Shown in pieces: positions 62,782 to 64,000 of a DNA stretch of 64,000 bases. The notes beneath the pieces were generated by a model. The model saw only the letters and a program-made list of their open reading frames with translations, had not been told where the DNA came from and did no database searches. This stretch comes from Leucoraja erinacea (taxonomy: Eukaryota): the NCBI RefSeq assembly GCF_028641065.1, contig NC_073404.1:12586001-12650000 (forward strand). Reading direction: 5' to 3'. The position numbers were made by a program, and so were the translations under genes. Position 1 is the first letter of the stretch, and each line of letters opens with the position of its first letter.

Positions 62782-64000
62782 GTAATCCATCACCTGCTTG
62801 TGTTCTGTGTCTCGGTGACCCCCTCCCTCCCTCCCGCCCGCTGGGCTGCTGAATCTGGTCTGATCAATCTCTGCCTTTCCTCTGCTGGGAGAAGTATGTA
62901 AAACTATGAGAGGCACAGACAGGGTGTCTGTCAGCTATAAGGAGAGATTGGACAAACTTGCATTGTTTTCCCTGGTTAGTCTGAGGCTGAGGGGAGAACT
63001 GATAGAAGTTTTTTAAATTGTGGGTGGCATAAATGGAAGGTACCCTTCTCCAGTGTGGAACTGTCAAAGACTAGACGGTGTAACTTTAAGGTAAGAGGGA
63101 CAAAGTATAAATGGTATGTATGGAGCATGTTTTTTACTCATAGAGTGGTGGGTGCCTGGAGCACACTGCCAGGGGTGGTGGTGGAGGTAGATATGAGAGT
63201 GGTGTTTAAGAGGCGTTTGGATAGGCACATGGATAAGCAGGGAATGGAGGGATGTGGATATGGATATGTATTCATGTACAGTATAGTGGCACAGTGTTTG
63301 AGTTCCTGCCTTACAGTGCCAGAGACCCAGATTCGATCCTGGCTACTGGTGTTGTGCAGAGTTTGTACGTTCTCCCCGTAACCGAGTGGGTTTTCTCCAG
63401 GTGCTCCGATTTTCCCCCACACTCCAAAGACATACAGGTTGGTAAGTCAATTGGCTTCTGTAAATTGTAAATTGTCCCCAGTGTGTAGGATAGTGCTAGT
63501 GTACGGGTTGATCACTGATCGGCGCAGACTAGGTGGGCCAAAGGGCCTGTTTGCTGCTGCATCTCGAAAGTCTAAAGTAATTGTTCAGGCAGAGGAGATT
63601 ACTTCAACTTGAGGTTATGTTCGGCACAGATGTTGTGGGCTGAAGGGCCTGTTCCTGTGCTGTACATTTCTGTGTTCTGTGTTCTGTGTGTGCCTTGGTG
63701 TACCTGCCTCTGCCTGTCTCCTCTCCCCATCGATATCCCACTGCCATGACTCCCGATGCTGGCCCATAATGTTCCTCCTTGCCCAGGGATGTTTGTTTCC
63801 CATTAAACAGGGTGGATGGCGCTGAATTCTCAGCCCTAACATCAGCTTGTCTCTATGTAAACTGTGGGCAGACAGTGAAATATGCAGCAACAGGCAAACT
63901 CAGCCGGTCAGGCAGCATCTGTGTAGGCAGAGGGGTGGTCAACAATAGTCCTGATGCAGGGTCTCATCCCAAAACGTTGACTATCCCACTGCCTCCACAG

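Overview
Vertebrate genomic DNA. The repeat content (HE1/V-SINE-type tRNA SINEs, CR1/L2 and Rex1/Babar LINEs, palindromic Penelope-type repeats) points to a cartilaginous fish, probably a skate or ray. Genes in order: a complete 12-exon SLC13 Na+/carboxylate transporter (+, SLC13A5 by synteny); a 3-exon single-domain rhodanese gene (copy A, -); MED31 (+); two more 3-exon rhodanese paralogues in tail-to-tail orientation (copy B +, copy C -); and the first exon of a SCARF1-like receptor (+). The most interesting item is the trio of intact, spliced rhodanese genes flanking MED31. They do not match any mammalian rhodanese gene I recognise, resemble a bacterial-type family, have diverged catalytic loops (CTVGYR, CTVGFH, CTAGYH) and show exon-level mosaic similarity suggestive of gene conversion. 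Also present: an EIF3G retrocopy, three non-autonomous DNA transposons with exact TSDs (one of 7 bp), a nested TE stack, a LINE chimera that captured MED31 promoter sequence, minimal hammerhead-like motifs, minisatellites and two assembly gaps. All calls are by eye; no searches were run.
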